A DNA stretch of 47,722 bases from an uncultured Bdellovibrionales bacterium (GCA_964458715.1 CAYWJP010000002.1:1-47722), one strand, 5' to 3'. Counted from the stretch's first letter, positions 1-9,823 are shown. The notes: generated by a model not told the origin, from the sequence alone. Numbers and translations: made by a program.

Positions 1-796
1 AATTATTTTCCATAAAACCTAGAAACTCGGTAGCTCTTCCGATAAAACCTGTTAGCGCTAGGATAATCAAAGATATTAAAGGCAATAATAATAACCAAAA
101 ATATTTATTTAGGGCTTGTCTATCTTTTTTCCATTCGTAGATAGTAAAAACTAAAAGATAAATAACTATTACTGGAAAAATATTGATAGTTAAAAAATGA
201 GTAGCAAAAGATAAAACTAAAAAAATAAAAGCGGGAATAAAATAATTCCAATTAAGTTTAGTTCTGGCAGAAAGTTTGTTGATAAAGTTTTCGGCTTTTC
301 CTGGAACAGATTCCAAAAATTGATAGGCTAGAGTAGCTAGAATTAAATAAACGGGAGCAAACATGGCATACATTCTAAAATGTCTATCAAAGGTGATGGC
401 GGAAATACTAACTGCCCATAAAAATGCGCTCAAAAGAGCAATCACAAAATTTTTGGAATAAAAATAGCCCAAAAAGAACATTGAGATTATTCCAATCATT
501 CCCCATATAACGCTGATCAAACGAAGATTGAATTCAGCAGGAGATACAAAATTTAAAAGTTGACTAACTTGAAAGTAATAAACTTGGCCTCGAGTATAAA
601 CTTTGTCGGTCAGCTCTTGCTTATTCCAATCCCAAAATTTCCACTCTCCAGTTTGATTGTAACCTTGAACAATGTTAGCCCCAAGATATTCGTCGGCTTT
701 AAGCGACATGTTATCTAGTTTATAAAGTCGTAAAAAACCGCCCAACATTAAAATTCCTACTAAAATAATTAAAGATTTTTTCCAAGTAAACCACAT
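1..796 (-). CDS. GT-C glycosyltransferase, family 39 / ArnT-PMT-like (N-terminal 265 aa; C-terminus beyond window edge)
   Basis: Hand translation of the minus strand from ATG at 796-794 stays open to base 1 (MWFTWKKSLIILVGILMLGGFLRLYKLDNMSLKADEYLGANIVQGYNQTGEW...). It is a polytopic membrane protein with the early LRLxxLD...DE loop motif typical of GT39/ArnT enzymes. It is missing from the ORF track because it runs off the window. Confidence 0.55.
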   Translation of the reverse strand, partial: MWFTWKKSLIILVGILMLGGFLRLYKLDNMSLKADEYLGANIVQGYNQTGEWKFWDWNKQELTDKVYTRGQVYYFQVSQLLNFVSPAEFNLRLISVIWGMIGIISMFFLGYFYSKNFVIALLSAFLWAVSISAITFDRHFRMYAMFAPVYLILATLAYQFLESVPGKAENFINKLSARTKLNWNYFIPAFIFLVLSFATHFLTINIFPVIVIYLLVFTIYEWKKDRQALNKYFWLLLLPLISLIILALTGFIGRATEFLGFMENN

Positions 797-878
797 ATAT
801 TTTTATTTATATTTAAGACATATATATGATTTAATTCTACCTCTAACCAATTCAATTGACAACATATAAAGCGAAAAT

Positions 879-1050
879 CAATTTACAATTTACAATTTTT
901 AATCTACAATTTATCCTGTTAAATAGACTTTGTTTAATTTTAAATAGTATTTAAAATTATTTAACAGAATCAATTTACAATTCTAAAATTTTCAAGAATT
1001 TGAAATTTAAAAATTAAGACATTAGAAATTAAAAATTAAAAATTGTGAAA
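879..1050. repeat. Long AT-rich imperfect palindrome built from caattta/aaaaatt-type tandem motifs
   Basis: There is a 10-bp perfect inverted repeat, ctgttaaata (916-925) / tatttaacag (958-967). The caatttacaat motif is repeated at 880-896, about 906 and 971-981. The 17-mer aatttacaatttacaat (880-896) is identical to 43989-44005. Confidence 0.6.
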
Positions 1051-1061
1051 TTTCATTTCAC

Positions 1062-1132
1062 CGGGATGTAGTATAATGGTAGTACGTATGGCTGGGGGTC
1101 ATGCAACCCGGGTTCAATTCCCGGCATCCCGA
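1062..1132 (+). tRNA. tRNA-Pro (anticodon GGG)
   Basis: Hand-folded cloverleaf. The acceptor stem CGGGATG/CATCCCG has 7 perfect pairs. The D-loop is AATGGTA. The anticodon loop is CTGGGGG, with U33, anticodon GGG and G37. The T-arm is CCGGG-TTCAATT-CCCGG and the discriminator is A. CCA is not encoded. Confidence 0.85.
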
Positions 1133-1143
1133 CAAAAATAAAA

Positions 1144-1174
1144 AAAGCCCTGGCGGTGTTGCCGATAGGGCTTT
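1144..1174. terminator. Bidirectional intrinsic terminator hairpin
   Basis: The stem aaagccct (1144-1151) pairs with agggcttt (1167-1174), with an inner GGC/GCC pairing. T-runs follow on both strands. It lies between the tRNA-Pro 3' end and the stop of the convergent VanW gene. Confidence 0.7.
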
Positions 1175-1261
1175 TCAAGGGTTCTTGGGAATAAGCTCTT
1201 TTGAAAATATTGTTTCGTTGGAATAGCCTTTGCTAAAACTATTATTTCTTAAAATTACTAA

Positions 1262-2623
1262 TCACAAATTACCTTTCTTAATTTCCTCAATTGCCGCTCC
1301 GAACTTCTCATAATATTCATCCCATTGTCTCCCTGACCAATCCTTAGGCTTTTCTAGAACAATTTGACTAGGGCTAGGGTAGTTGGCTGGATTGTCATAA
1401 AAACTGTTAAAGATATCCTGAAAAACTTCCTGTCCGGCTTGATTTTTAACAATTTGTTTCAACGTAGTCCTTAAATTTCCATCAGAGGTTTTTTCAACAA
1501 TTTCCGGACCAATTAATTCAACATCAAAAAGATCTTCTTTGGAATAAAAATCAATATAGAATTTTTTAGTTAATTCATCTATTCGAGTTTGAATTAACAA
1601 ATAATCATCGGTAATATTTTTTATTTTCAAGTCAGGTTGAGGAATATAAACAGTGGCATCAGTTCCGGGAGGGTCATAATAATGAACCGGATAGGAATGA
1701 TTGTGACGTTCGGTGATTTTTAATCCAGTATTTAAAGCGGCTCTAAACATAGTAGTGGAGAGTTGACAAATTCCTCCACCAAATTCTGGAACAGTTTGAT
1801 TTTTTTTAATAACTAATTCTTCTTTGTAGCCAGTGGATTCATCCACTTCCTCTAAAATTGTAGTAAAAGAAAATTCTTCACCAGGTTTAATTATTAGACC
1901 ATTGAATTGTTTAGCGGCGGTTTTAATATTGTGAATACGGGTTTGAGAGGATCCTGTAAAATCAGATTTTCCAACTCCTATTAATTTTTTTATTTGATAT
2001 TTATCGGGATTATCGGTTGATATATCGGGAAGACTTTCAATAACAACTAAGGGAATATATGAAGATTGAGGATTTTCAATAATACTATTTTTGATTTTTT
2101 CATAACTTTCATCGACTTTTAGCCGAATTCCTTTTTGACTTTTTTCTAAAACTGAAAGTTTGCTGGTTTCGTTTATTTTGAATTTTCCATCAATTGGATC
2201 CTGGTTTATTTTTTTGGAAATTGAATCTAAAAATAGTTTAGTTTCTGCCTTTTTAATAAAAATAGTGGAATTTTTTTTGTAATGAAGCTTATCTTGATAG
2301 GTTTGGCTTAATTCTAGATATGTTTTTTTAAAAATATTTTCTGAATATTCTAAAAAAGGATTCTCGATTTGTGAAATATAAGAAATATCATAAATCATTT
2401 GATGATCCCAATCAATAAAATCCTTTAAAAAAAAAGGAATAGCGCTCTCCTTATCATTTCCGAATAAATAAAAAGGTTTTTCTAGAAGTTCTTGAAGAGG
2501 TTGGGTATTGAAAGCGCCCAATTTATTATTTTCTTCAAAAGCCTGCGTAATTCTAAAATTAGTCAATAAAGTTATTGAGCAAAACAATAATAATATTTTT
2601 TGATAATTTTTAATTTTTACCAT
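1262..2623 (-). CDS. VanW-domain protein (secreted/anchored)
   Basis: N-terminal signal/anchor sequence. The C-terminal motif GGGICQLSTTMFRAALNTGLKITERHNHSYPVHYY is the hallmark VanW core. The ORF ends with TGA. Confidence 0.8.
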   Translation of the reverse strand: MVKIKNYQKILLLFCSITLLTNFRITQAFEENNKLGAFNTQPLQELLEKPFYLFGNDKESAIPFFLKDFIDWDHQMIYDISYISQIENPFLEYSENIFKKTYLELSQTYQDKLHYKKNSTIFIKKAETKLFLDSISKKINQDPIDGKFKINETSKLSVLEKSQKGIRLKVDESYEKIKNSIIENPQSSYIPLVVIESLPDISTDNPDKYQIKKLIGVGKSDFTGSSQTRIHNIKTAAKQFNGLIIKPGEEFSFTTILEEVDESTGYKEELVIKKNQTVPEFGGGICQLSTTMFRAALNTGLKITERHNHSYPVHYYDPPGTDATVYIPQPDLKIKNITDDYLLIQTRIDELTKKFYIDFYSKEDLFDVELIGPEIVEKTSDGNLRTTLKQIVKNQAGQEVFQDIFNSFYDNPANYPSPSQIVLEKPKDWSGRQWDEYYEKFGAAIEEIKKGNL

Positions 2624-2653
2624 AAGCTTTATGAGGCAAATTTATTAAAAATT

Positions 2654-2675
2654 AAAACCAGCGTTGACTGGTTTT
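2654..2675 (-). terminator. Intrinsic terminator downstream of the hsp20-like gene
   Basis: aaaaccag (2654-2661), loop cgttga, ctggtttt (2668-2675). A T-rich tract follows on the minus strand. Confidence 0.55.
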
Positions 2676-2706
2676 AATTATTATATGCAAAAGTAGGTAA
2701 ATCAAA

Positions 2707-3363
2707 CTAGAATCCTCTGACTTGAAGTTTTCTAGTTTTAGCCACTTCCATTTTGGGTAATCTAATAGTTAAAATACCATTTTTCATAGTAGCTTCAGCT
2801 TTTTCAGTAACAATCTCAACCGGTAAAATTATAGATCGAGAAAAAGGACCCCAGTAACACTCTTGATAATAATAATTTTCTGAATCAACCTCGTCATCTT
2901 GAGTTCTTTTTCCTTTGATCGTGACCATTTCACTGTTGATATCAACATCTAGATTTTCTGGTTTAACTCCAGCAATTGTTGATTTGATTACAATATCTTT
3001 GTCGGTTTGATAAACGTCAATAGTTAGCTGTCCCTCAGCGTCCATTTCTATTTCATCCTCCTCCTCTTTTTTAAGTATAGGTTTTTTCGCCATATTTTCA
3101 GAGTCCATGGGAGCAATCATTTCAAATTTTTCTTCAATTTCATTATCTGCTTCCTCTGTCTCGTCGATTGATTTTTTGAAAAAATCTTCTTTAATTTCAT
3201 CTTCATCTTCGTCCTCTTTAATTTTAGAAGGGAACTTATAGGGATTATCTTCTACTATTTCTTTTTTAGGAAGAGAGGTATCATTTATTTCGACTTCACT
3301 TTCATCGTTGATTTTTTGGATTCCGGTAAGTTTTTCAAAAAAAGATTTTTTTTCTTTTGTCAT
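2707..3363 (-). CDS. Hsp20/alpha-crystallin small heat-shock protein with long acidic N-terminal extension
   Basis: C-terminal alpha-crystallin domain (QLTIDVYQTDKDIVIKSTIAGVKPENLDVDI...NGILTIRLPK). It is preceded by about 100 aa rich in E/D/K. Confidence 0.85.
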   Translation of the reverse strand: MTKEKKSFFEKLTGIQKINDESEVEINDTSLPKKEIVEDNPYKFPSKIKEDEDEDEIKEDFFKKSIDETEEADNEIEEKFEMIAPMDSENMAKKPILKKEEEDEIEMDAEGQLTIDVYQTDKDIVIKSTIAGVKPENLDVDINSEMVTIKGKRTQDDEVDSENYYYQECYWGPFSRSIILPVEIVTEKAEATMKNGILTIRLPKMEVAKTRKLQVRGF

Positions 3364-3586
3364 GTTTTTTGTTACTTATATTTTTTAACTTGGGAAACGA
3401 TCCCATAATTTATAATAATTTTAGCAACTATTTTAAAAAATGTAAATCCCAGAAATTGTTTAAGGTTTCGCATTCGGTTAAAACACTGAAATTATCAGTC
3501 TCTCTATCACTACAACCCTAGTGCTTTTAGTGAATGAGTATGTACAAGTTGCTTTGTTATTTTACATCAAAATGTTAAATAGTTTC

Positions 3587-4078
3587 TTAATAGATTATAA
3601 ATAAATTATAAATTAAATGCAAGAAGAACGCTAATAAAAAGTAAAAAATAAAAATATTTTTTTTGTTTTTAAGGCCAATAACAGCAGTAATGATTAAAAT
3701 GGAAGTGAGAGAATGAACTATAAATAGTAAAAAAATTGATGTTAACGTTGGTGATTTTTGACTAATTAAAATAAATTCAAATAATCCAAAACCGAAACCG
3801 AAAAACAAGCCATTTAAAATAACTTGAAAATTTACTCTGGTCCTCCTAGCGAATAAAAAATTTATTAAACCAAGTTTTACTAATTCTTCTATCGCAACTA
3901 AAAAAATAACAAATAAGATTCCTGTTTTTGACCAAAAATAAAATCCTTCTAAAATTAAATCAGAAAATACCGACAAAATTAAAGATAAAAGTCCAGCTAA
4001 AAAACCACCAATTAAGAAAATTAACCAACTAGGAAATCGGGATTTTTTTTTATTTAATTGTTTGGAGTTGTTCTTCAA
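3587..4078 (-). CDS. PrsW-like intramembrane protease family protein
   Basis: Polytopic 163-aa protein with the motifs IEELVK, GFGFGLFEF, HSLTS and HLIYN, arranged as in the PrsW family. It overlaps the valS stop by 29 nt. Confidence 0.5.
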   Translation of the reverse strand: MKNNSKQLNKKKSRFPSWLIFLIGGFLAGLLSLILSVFSDLILEGFYFWSKTGILFVIFLVAIEELVKLGLINFLFARRTRVNFQVILNGLFFGFGFGLFEFILISQKSPTLTSIFLLFIVHSLTSILIITAVIGLKNKKNIFIFYFLLAFFLHLIYNLFIIY

Positions 4079-6695
4079 GATTTTGAATTTTTATTTTTAT
4101 TTGTTCTTTTTTAAATTTTTCTTTTTCAATAATTTCCTTAGGAGCATTGAACACAAATTTTTTATTACCTAATTTTTTATCTAAAGAATTTAAGATATTC
4201 TTTAATCTTTTAATTTCTTTGTTTAGTCGTTCGCCTTCTTTTTCTAAGTCGACAATTCCTTCCAAGGGAATATAAATTTTAATATCGGCGATTTGTCCAA
4301 AAAAAGCATTGGGAATTTTGTTTCCATCTTCAATAAGTTCAATTTTTTTAATAGAAGTTCCTAGTTTTTCTAAAAGATTTTTCTCTTTTTCTAGTTCAGT
4401 CAATTTTTCTCCGGCTTGAATAACGACTTCTATTTTATCTTGAGGATTTAGTTGATATTGAGCTCTAGCATTTCGAATAATTGTTATGATTTGTTTAATT
4501 AAATCGAAACTAGTTGTTTCCTGGGCATATTTTTCATATTTATTTTCTGCCGGTAAAGATTCAGTCATCAACATGGTGTCGGTAATTCTTTGCCAAATAG
4601 TTTCAGTAATAAAAGGAATAAAGGGATGCCAAATTCGCAAAAGGTCTTTTAAAATTTCAGTTAAAATAATTTCCTTGGAAGAATTGTTTTCAATTTTGCT
4701 AATTTCTAAATACCAATCAGCGAAATCGTCTCGAGTGAATTTTTTTAAGGTCTCACCAGCCGCAGATAAATTATGATTCCCAATATCTTTCCTGATTGTA
4801 GTATTAACTTGATTCATTTGAGCTAAAATCCATTTATCGGCTAAACTTAAATTAACTAAATTCAAATCTGCTATTTTTTTATTGAAATCAAGTTTCTCGG
4901 TCTCTAATTGATTTAAAATGAAGCGAGCAATATTCCAAATTTTATTAATAAAATTTCGGTAACCTTCTATTTTTCTTTCGGATATTTTCATATCATTGCC
5001 AGCAGTGCTTCCAATTAACAAAGAAAGTCGAACGGCATCAGTTCCGTATTTTTCAATCATATCAATTGGATTAATCCCATTGCCTTTGGATTTACTCATT
5101 TTTTTGCCGTGTTGGTCTAAGATCATTCCATGTAAGTGAACTTTTTCAAACGGAATTTCTTGGATAGCAAAAAGTGACATCATAATCATTCTTGATACCC
5201 AGAGAGTTAAAATTTCATAACCAGTATTTAAAATTTGAGTAGGATGAAACTCGGCCAAGTCTCCAGATTTTTGATCATTTTTGAAATTATTAGGCCAACC
5301 TAAAGTAGAGAAGGTCCACATTCCCGAAGAAAACCAAGTGTCTAAAGTGTCAGGGTCTTGAAGCCAACCGTCCCCAGGAGTTTCTACCTGAACTTTTATT
5401 TCGTCATCTTTATGCCAAGCAGGAATTCGATGTCCTAGCCAAATTTGTCTTGAGATACACCAATCGTGAAGATTCTCCATCCAATATTCATAACGTTTAG
5501 CGAATCTTTCCGGAATAAATTCAATTTGTTTTTCTTTTGAAACTTCCAACGCTTTCTCTTTAAGAGATTTTCCGTTTAATCGATCTAGTTTTTTATTAAC
5601 TGCAATAAACCATTGTTTCGATGGTAAAGGTTCAATTACTGTATTACAACGATAACAAACAGCAGCACTGTGTTGATAGTTCTCGTCAATGTGATCAATC
5701 AATCCTAACTCTTCCATGTCGGTTACAATTGCCTCTCTGGCATCTAAAACGGTCATTCCAGCGTATTTTCCACAGTTGTCCATCATTTTACCATCTTCGT
5801 TAATAATCTGCTTAGAGGGAAGGTTGTGACGAGCCGCAATTTCACTATCAATAAAACTGTGAGCGGGAGTAACTTTGATGGCACCAGAACCAAATTTAGG
5901 ATCAACTTCTTTATCAGCCACAACTTTAACCATGAATTTTCCCAAGACACCTTCAATTTCATAGTCCTTGCCAATCATCTCCTGGTATCTTTTGTCGTCA
6001 GGATGAACGGCGACAGCTGTATCTCCTAATTTAGTTTCAGGTCTGGAAGTGGCCAAAATAAATGGTCCGTATTTGATCCAGTAAAGCTTGGATTTTTCTT
6101 CTTTATGCTCGACTTCATCATCAGCGAGAGTTGAGTGACATCGAGGACACCAATTAACCATTCGCTCTCCTCTATAAATCGCACCAGCTTTATACATATC
6201 AATAAACATTTTTTCCACTGCTTTTTTTCGAGGTTCATCAAAAGTGAAAGCCAAACGTGACCAATCTAGGCTAGCTCCCATTCGACGAATTTGATTTAAA
6301 ATTGTCGCTTGAGTAATTTTCATAAATTCTCCAGCTTCTTCCATGAATTTTTCTCGACCTAAATCGTGTCGAGATAGTCCCTTCTCTTTAAGTAATTTTT
6401 TTTCAACTACATTTTGAGTAGCAATAGCGGCGTGATCAGTCCCAGGAAGCCAAAGGGTCCGAAGACCTTTCATTCGATGATAACGAATTAGAAGGTCTTC
6501 AATAGCCAACATCGAGGAATGACCCAGATGAAGTTTATCGGTAATATTCGGTGGAGGAAGAATAATGGTATAGAGTTTGGCATTTTTGGGTATTTCTAGA
6601 TTATCTGGATTAAATTTTCCAGACTCTTCCCATAATTTATAGATTTTTTCTTCGTTTTCCTTAGGGCTGTAAGCCTTGTCTAAGTTTGAATTCAT
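4050..6695 (-). CDS. valS: Valyl-tRNA synthetase
   Basis: Class I motifs PPPNITDKLHLGHS (HIGH) and KMSKSKGN (KMSKS), an editing domain and a C-terminal coiled coil. The ORF is open to 6758, but the conserved N-terminus starts at MNSNLDKAYSPKENEEKIY (ATG 6695). Confidence 0.9.
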   Translation of the reverse strand: MNSNLDKAYSPKENEEKIYKLWEESGKFNPDNLEIPKNAKLYTIILPPPNITDKLHLGHSSMLAIEDLLIRYHRMKGLRTLWLPGTDHAAIATQNVVEKKLLKEKGLSRHDLGREKFMEEAGEFMKITQATILNQIRRMGASLDWSRLAFTFDEPRKKAVEKMFIDMYKAGAIYRGERMVNWCPRCHSTLADDEVEHKEEKSKLYWIKYGPFILATSRPETKLGDTAVAVHPDDKRYQEMIGKDYEIEGVLGKFMVKVVADKEVDPKFGSGAIKVTPAHSFIDSEIAARHNLPSKQIINEDGKMMDNCGKYAGMTVLDAREAIVTDMEELGLIDHIDENYQHSAAVCYRCNTVIEPLPSKQWFIAVNKKLDRLNGKSLKEKALEVSKEKQIEFIPERFAKRYEYWMENLHDWCISRQIWLGHRIPAWHKDDEIKVQVETPGDGWLQDPDTLDTWFSSGMWTFSTLGWPNNFKNDQKSGDLAEFHPTQILNTGYEILTLWVSRMIMMSLFAIQEIPFEKVHLHGMILDQHGKKMSKSKGNGINPIDMIEKYGTDAVRLSLLIGSTAGNDMKISERKIEGYRNFINKIWNIARFILNQLETEKLDFNKKIADLNLVNLSLADKWILAQMNQVNTTIRKDIGNHNLSAAGETLKKFTRDDFADWYLEISKIENNSSKEIILTEILKDLLRIWHPFIPFITETIWQRITDTMLMTESLPAENKYEKYAQETTSFDLIKQIITIIRNARAQYQLNPQDKIEVVIQAGEKLTELEKEKNLLEKLGTSIKKIELIEDGNKIPNAFFGQIADIKIYIPLEGIVDLEKEGERLNKEIKRLKNILNSLDKKLGNKKFVFNAPKEIIEKEKFKKEQIKIKIQNLEEQLQTIK

Positions 6696-6821
6696 AAAGT
6701 TTTTAAAGTTCACCCTGCTAAATAGATTTTGTTTAATCTTATTCGCCGCGGCGAACAAAATTATTTAATAGGGTAAAAAATTTGTAAAGTTAAAGAAAAT
6801 AAGTTCGCCCTAGGCGATATA

Positions 6822-8234
6822 CTAAATACTATTATCAATTTTACTCGAAGTTGCCAATAAGGCAAGGGCAAGCCAGAAAATAAATTGACCCTGAGGGAGG
6901 CTCCAGAAATAATGATCAAAAAATCCTAGTAGCAAAAAACCACTAATTAACAAAATAAAAAGTTCTTGTTTTTGAAGGAAGGCAAAAGGTTTAAAGTTTT
7001 GTTTGATAAATAGAAACAAAAAAATTAATCCAATTAGACCGATTTCGCTCCAGACTAATAAATATAAATTGTGAACGGGTTGAATATTATAGCTCGGTAA
7101 TTTTTCAGGATTAAGGTCTTTGAATATTAAAGAAAATTGACCAAGGCCGATTCCAGTCCAACAATTATGATGGAGAATTTCCTTTCTGGAAAATTCAGCA
7201 TATTTACTCCTTAAGGTTAAAGATTGGTCTTGACAGTCGCCAGAACAAAAACGGGCCGGGATAAATTTATAAAAACTAACTAAAAGTGTAATTAAAATCA
7301 ATAAAATAATAAATATATATTTAAATCTTGATTTCAGTGGAAGTTTTTTAGTAAAAAGATATTTTCTCGTCTCGTCAAGGGCTCGCCGAGGCGGAAGATA
7401 TCTTATTATTAAATAAAGACTTACTAAAGCAGTTACTAGCCAAATACTTCGAGAAAAACTAACTAAGATTCCGATTAAAATTAGGATTAAACCTGACCAA
7501 AAATGAACTTTTCCTGATAAAATTTTTAATTTTAAGGTTAGATTTATTTTTTTAAAAAACGAAGGCACAGAGAAGGGGATTTTAGATTTTTTATTTAAGA
7601 TAAAATATAATCCAGCAATAAGAGACAAAAACAAAAAAACTCCTAAAACATTAGGATGAGGAAAAGTTCCATAGCTTCTAATAAATTTTTCACCGTGGAC
7701 TTCGAGTTTGGCTACTCCTAGAATATCAGGGCGTAAAATACTTTCTCCTAGATATTTTAATCCCAATGATTTTTGAAAAATAAATTGGAATAAAGCAATG
7801 ACAGTTTGAAGTACACCAGAGACGAAGATTAAATAAAGAATTTTATCGAAAAGTTTTTTAGACTTAACTGTTTCAATTAATATTAAGAAGAAAAATAAAA
7901 CCTCGAGTAGTCGTAGATAATTGTAAGAAGAACTAACTGAATTGGAGGAAATATAAAATGTGTTCCAACTTAAATAAATAATCAATAAGAAAATTGGCCG
8001 ATTAGATTTTAAAAATATCCGAGTCGTTTTATTTTTTATTTTTTGAAAAATCCAACCAGAAAAGATCGCTAAAAATAAAATATCAAAAAGATATAAGGAA
8101 TATTTCAAACTTTCAGAAAAAAAGCTTAGATTTTGGATGTCCGCAAAATTTAAGATATAGCGAAAATTGAATGGTAAAACAAAAACCAAGCTTAAAATTA
8201 GAATTTCTATTTTTTTATTAATATTTAGTTTCAT
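6822..8234 (-). CDS. O-antigen ligase-like (Wzy_C) polytopic membrane protein
   Basis: 470 aa with more than 10 TM segments and a central SRSIWLV-type segment, as in the O-antigen ligase/Wzy_C family. Confidence 0.55.
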   Translation of the reverse strand: MKLNINKKIEILILSLVFVLPFNFRYILNFADIQNLSFFSESLKYSLYLFDILFLAIFSGWIFQKIKNKTTRIFLKSNRPIFLLIIYLSWNTFYISSNSVSSSYNYLRLLEVLFFFLILIETVKSKKLFDKILYLIFVSGVLQTVIALFQFIFQKSLGLKYLGESILRPDILGVAKLEVHGEKFIRSYGTFPHPNVLGVFLFLSLIAGLYFILNKKSKIPFSVPSFFKKINLTLKLKILSGKVHFWSGLILILIGILVSFSRSIWLVTALVSLYLIIRYLPPRRALDETRKYLFTKKLPLKSRFKYIFIILLILITLLVSFYKFIPARFCSGDCQDQSLTLRSKYAEFSRKEILHHNCWTGIGLGQFSLIFKDLNPEKLPSYNIQPVHNLYLLVWSEIGLIGLIFLFLFIKQNFKPFAFLQKQELFILLISGFLLLGFFDHYFWSLPQGQFIFWLALALLATSSKIDNSI

Positions 8235-8396
8235 GAGTTAATTCTAGAAAAATTTGGAAAAGAAAGCAAGAAAAGTAGTTGGAAAGTTAAAAATTTCTGA
8301 ATTAGGATTGCTAGATTTTAGTATGAAAACTTTTTAACTTTACGAACTTTTGAACTAGCCCGTTTGATAAAGAAGCTGAGATGAGTTAGAATTAAA

Positions 8397-9146
8397 ATGC
8401 TTAAAATTTATAATCAAATGAATATATTTAAAAAAATATTTAAAGGAAATACTTTATACTATCCGGGATGTCTTACGAAATTTGTCTTGAAAGATATTCA
8501 GAATAATTATGAGGAAATTTTGAAGCGAGAAGGAATCGATTTTATTAAGCTTTCTGGCAAAGAGTTGTGCTGTGGTTCACCAGTGAAAAATGCCGGAGGT
8601 AAAAAACTTTTTAAAGAGCTGGCTTTGAAGAATTTGAAGATTTTTAAGGAACACAGTGTCGACCGAATTATTACTAATTGTCCAGCCTGCGCTTTGGTTC
8701 TAAAAAAAGATTATAAGGAAATTCTAGGAAAAGAATGGAATATTGAAGTGCTTCATATGACAGAGATAATTTCTCAAAAAACTTTGAAGAATCTTAAGTT
8801 AGAAGGAACAGTGACTTATCACGATTCTTGTCATTTAGGGCGAGGATTGAAGCTATATGATGAACCTCGAGAAATTATCAAAGAAACTGGTTTGAAAATT
8901 GAAGAAATGAATTTGAATCGAGAAAAAAGTTATTGTTGTGGAGCCGGCGGAGGAGTGAAGAATAATAACCCCGAACTTTCTGATCGAATTGCTGAGGATC
9001 GAGGAGACCAAGTTAGAAAAATTAAAGCCAAAACTTTATTGTCAGCTTGCCCGATGTGCCACGCTCAATTTACCAAAAATTCTAAAGGTTTCGAAGTTAA
9101 AGAATTAAGCGAAATTTTGTGTTCAAAAAATTCCAGAGAAAAATAG
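8397..9146 (+). CDS. Cysteine-rich CCG-domain (Fe-S) oxidoreductase subunit (HdrB/LutA/GlpC-like)
   Basis: Two CCG repeats (CCGSP...CPAC and CCGAGGG...CPMC). The start may be the downstream MNIFKK (8418). Confidence 0.7.
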   Translation: MLKIYNQMNIFKKIFKGNTLYYPGCLTKFVLKDIQNNYEEILKREGIDFIKLSGKELCCGSPVKNAGGKKLFKELALKNLKIFKEHSVDRIITNCPACALVLKKDYKEILGKEWNIEVLHMTEIISQKTLKNLKLEGTVTYHDSCHLGRGLKLYDEPREIIKETGLKIEEMNLNREKSYCCGAGGGVKNNNPELSDRIAEDRGDQVRKIKAKTLLSACPMCHAQFTKNSKGFEVKELSEILCSKNSREK

Positions 9147-9430
9147 AGGATTTTAAATGTGAGAATTGCGGAGAATTTGTAAAAGGAGATGGTTATACTA
9201 ATCATTGCCCGGAATGTCTTTACTCTAAACATGTTGATAATAATCCCGGCGACAGAGCTAATGAATGTGGTGGGCTGATGAAACCAATCGATGCTTTTTT
9301 TAAAAAACAAGAATGGCTTTTACGACAAGAATGTCAAAAGTGTGGAGAAATTATGACTATTCGTGTTCGAGATGAAGATAATAAAAAAACTCTAGAAAAA
9401 GTAATAGAAAATAAAATTTCTAATATTTAA
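9119..9430 (+). CDS. RNHCP-domain zinc-ribbon protein
   Basis: The N-terminus FKCENCGEFVKGDGYTNHCPECLYSKHVD matches the RNHCP family signature. It overlaps the upstream CDS by 28 nt. Confidence 0.7.
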   Translation: MFKKFQRKIEDFKCENCGEFVKGDGYTNHCPECLYSKHVDNNPGDRANECGGLMKPIDAFFKKQEWLLRQECQKCGEIMTIRVRDEDNKKTLEKVIENKISNI

Positions 9431-9442
9431 TGTTGTTTTACT

Positions 9443-9823
9443 ATGAAAACAATTTTAGCCGATGCTTGGAACGCTTTATTTTTGGAAGATGGGATTTTTC
9501 AAGAAATGTATGAGTTGCTTGAAAAATATCCTAATAGAAAAATTGTTCTTACTAATGCCAATAAAGAACAGCAAATTAATTTTGGTTTAGACGAATCGCC
9601 TTATTAAGTTTTTACATTAAATCATAATCCAGAAAAAACGGATTCTGATTATTATAAAAAAATGTTAGATAATCTTAGTCTTAAAAAACAGGACGTAATT
9701 TACTTTGAGCATAATGAGAATGCGGTTAAAAATGCTCGATCGATTGGCATAAAAACTTATTATTATGACAAAGACCAAAAAGATCTTGATAGGCTCAAAA
9801 AATTCTTAGATAGTAATTTATAG
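9443..9823 (+). pseudogene. HAD-superfamily hydrolase interrupted by one in-frame TAA (9605-9607)
   Basis: One frame reads MKTILADAWNALF...GLDESPY-TAA-VFTLNHNPEKTDSDYYKKML...YFEHNENAVKNARSIGIKTYYY. The two halves together make one HAD fold and are paralogous in style to the CDS at 47322..47722. Confidence 0.6.

Noticed and set aside
3364-3586. 223-bp region upstream of hsp20, examined for a CIRCE (TTAGCACTC-N9-GAGTGCTAA) operator, a ROSE/fourU thermometer or an ncRNA. There is a locally GC-richer patch at about 3460-3560 and a small hairpin, TGGGA-N5-TCCCA, near 3390-3405.
   Set aside because: There is no CIRCE match, and only short 5-7-bp stems that I cannot distinguish from chance. It is left unannotated.
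4486-6241. Track ORFs inside valS on either strand (4486..4776+, 5621..5803+, 5783..5974-, 5826..6029+, 6026..6241-).
   Set aside because: They lie entirely within a strongly supported 880-aa conserved gene. Their composition is low-complexity with no motifs, typical of chance ORFs in AT-rich DNA.
6696-6758. N-terminal extensions suggested by the ORF track for valS (to 6758), rpmE (to 15327) and smpB (to 12519).
   Set aside because: The conserved protein N-termini begin at internal Met codons. The rpmE extension would overlap its own predicted promoter.
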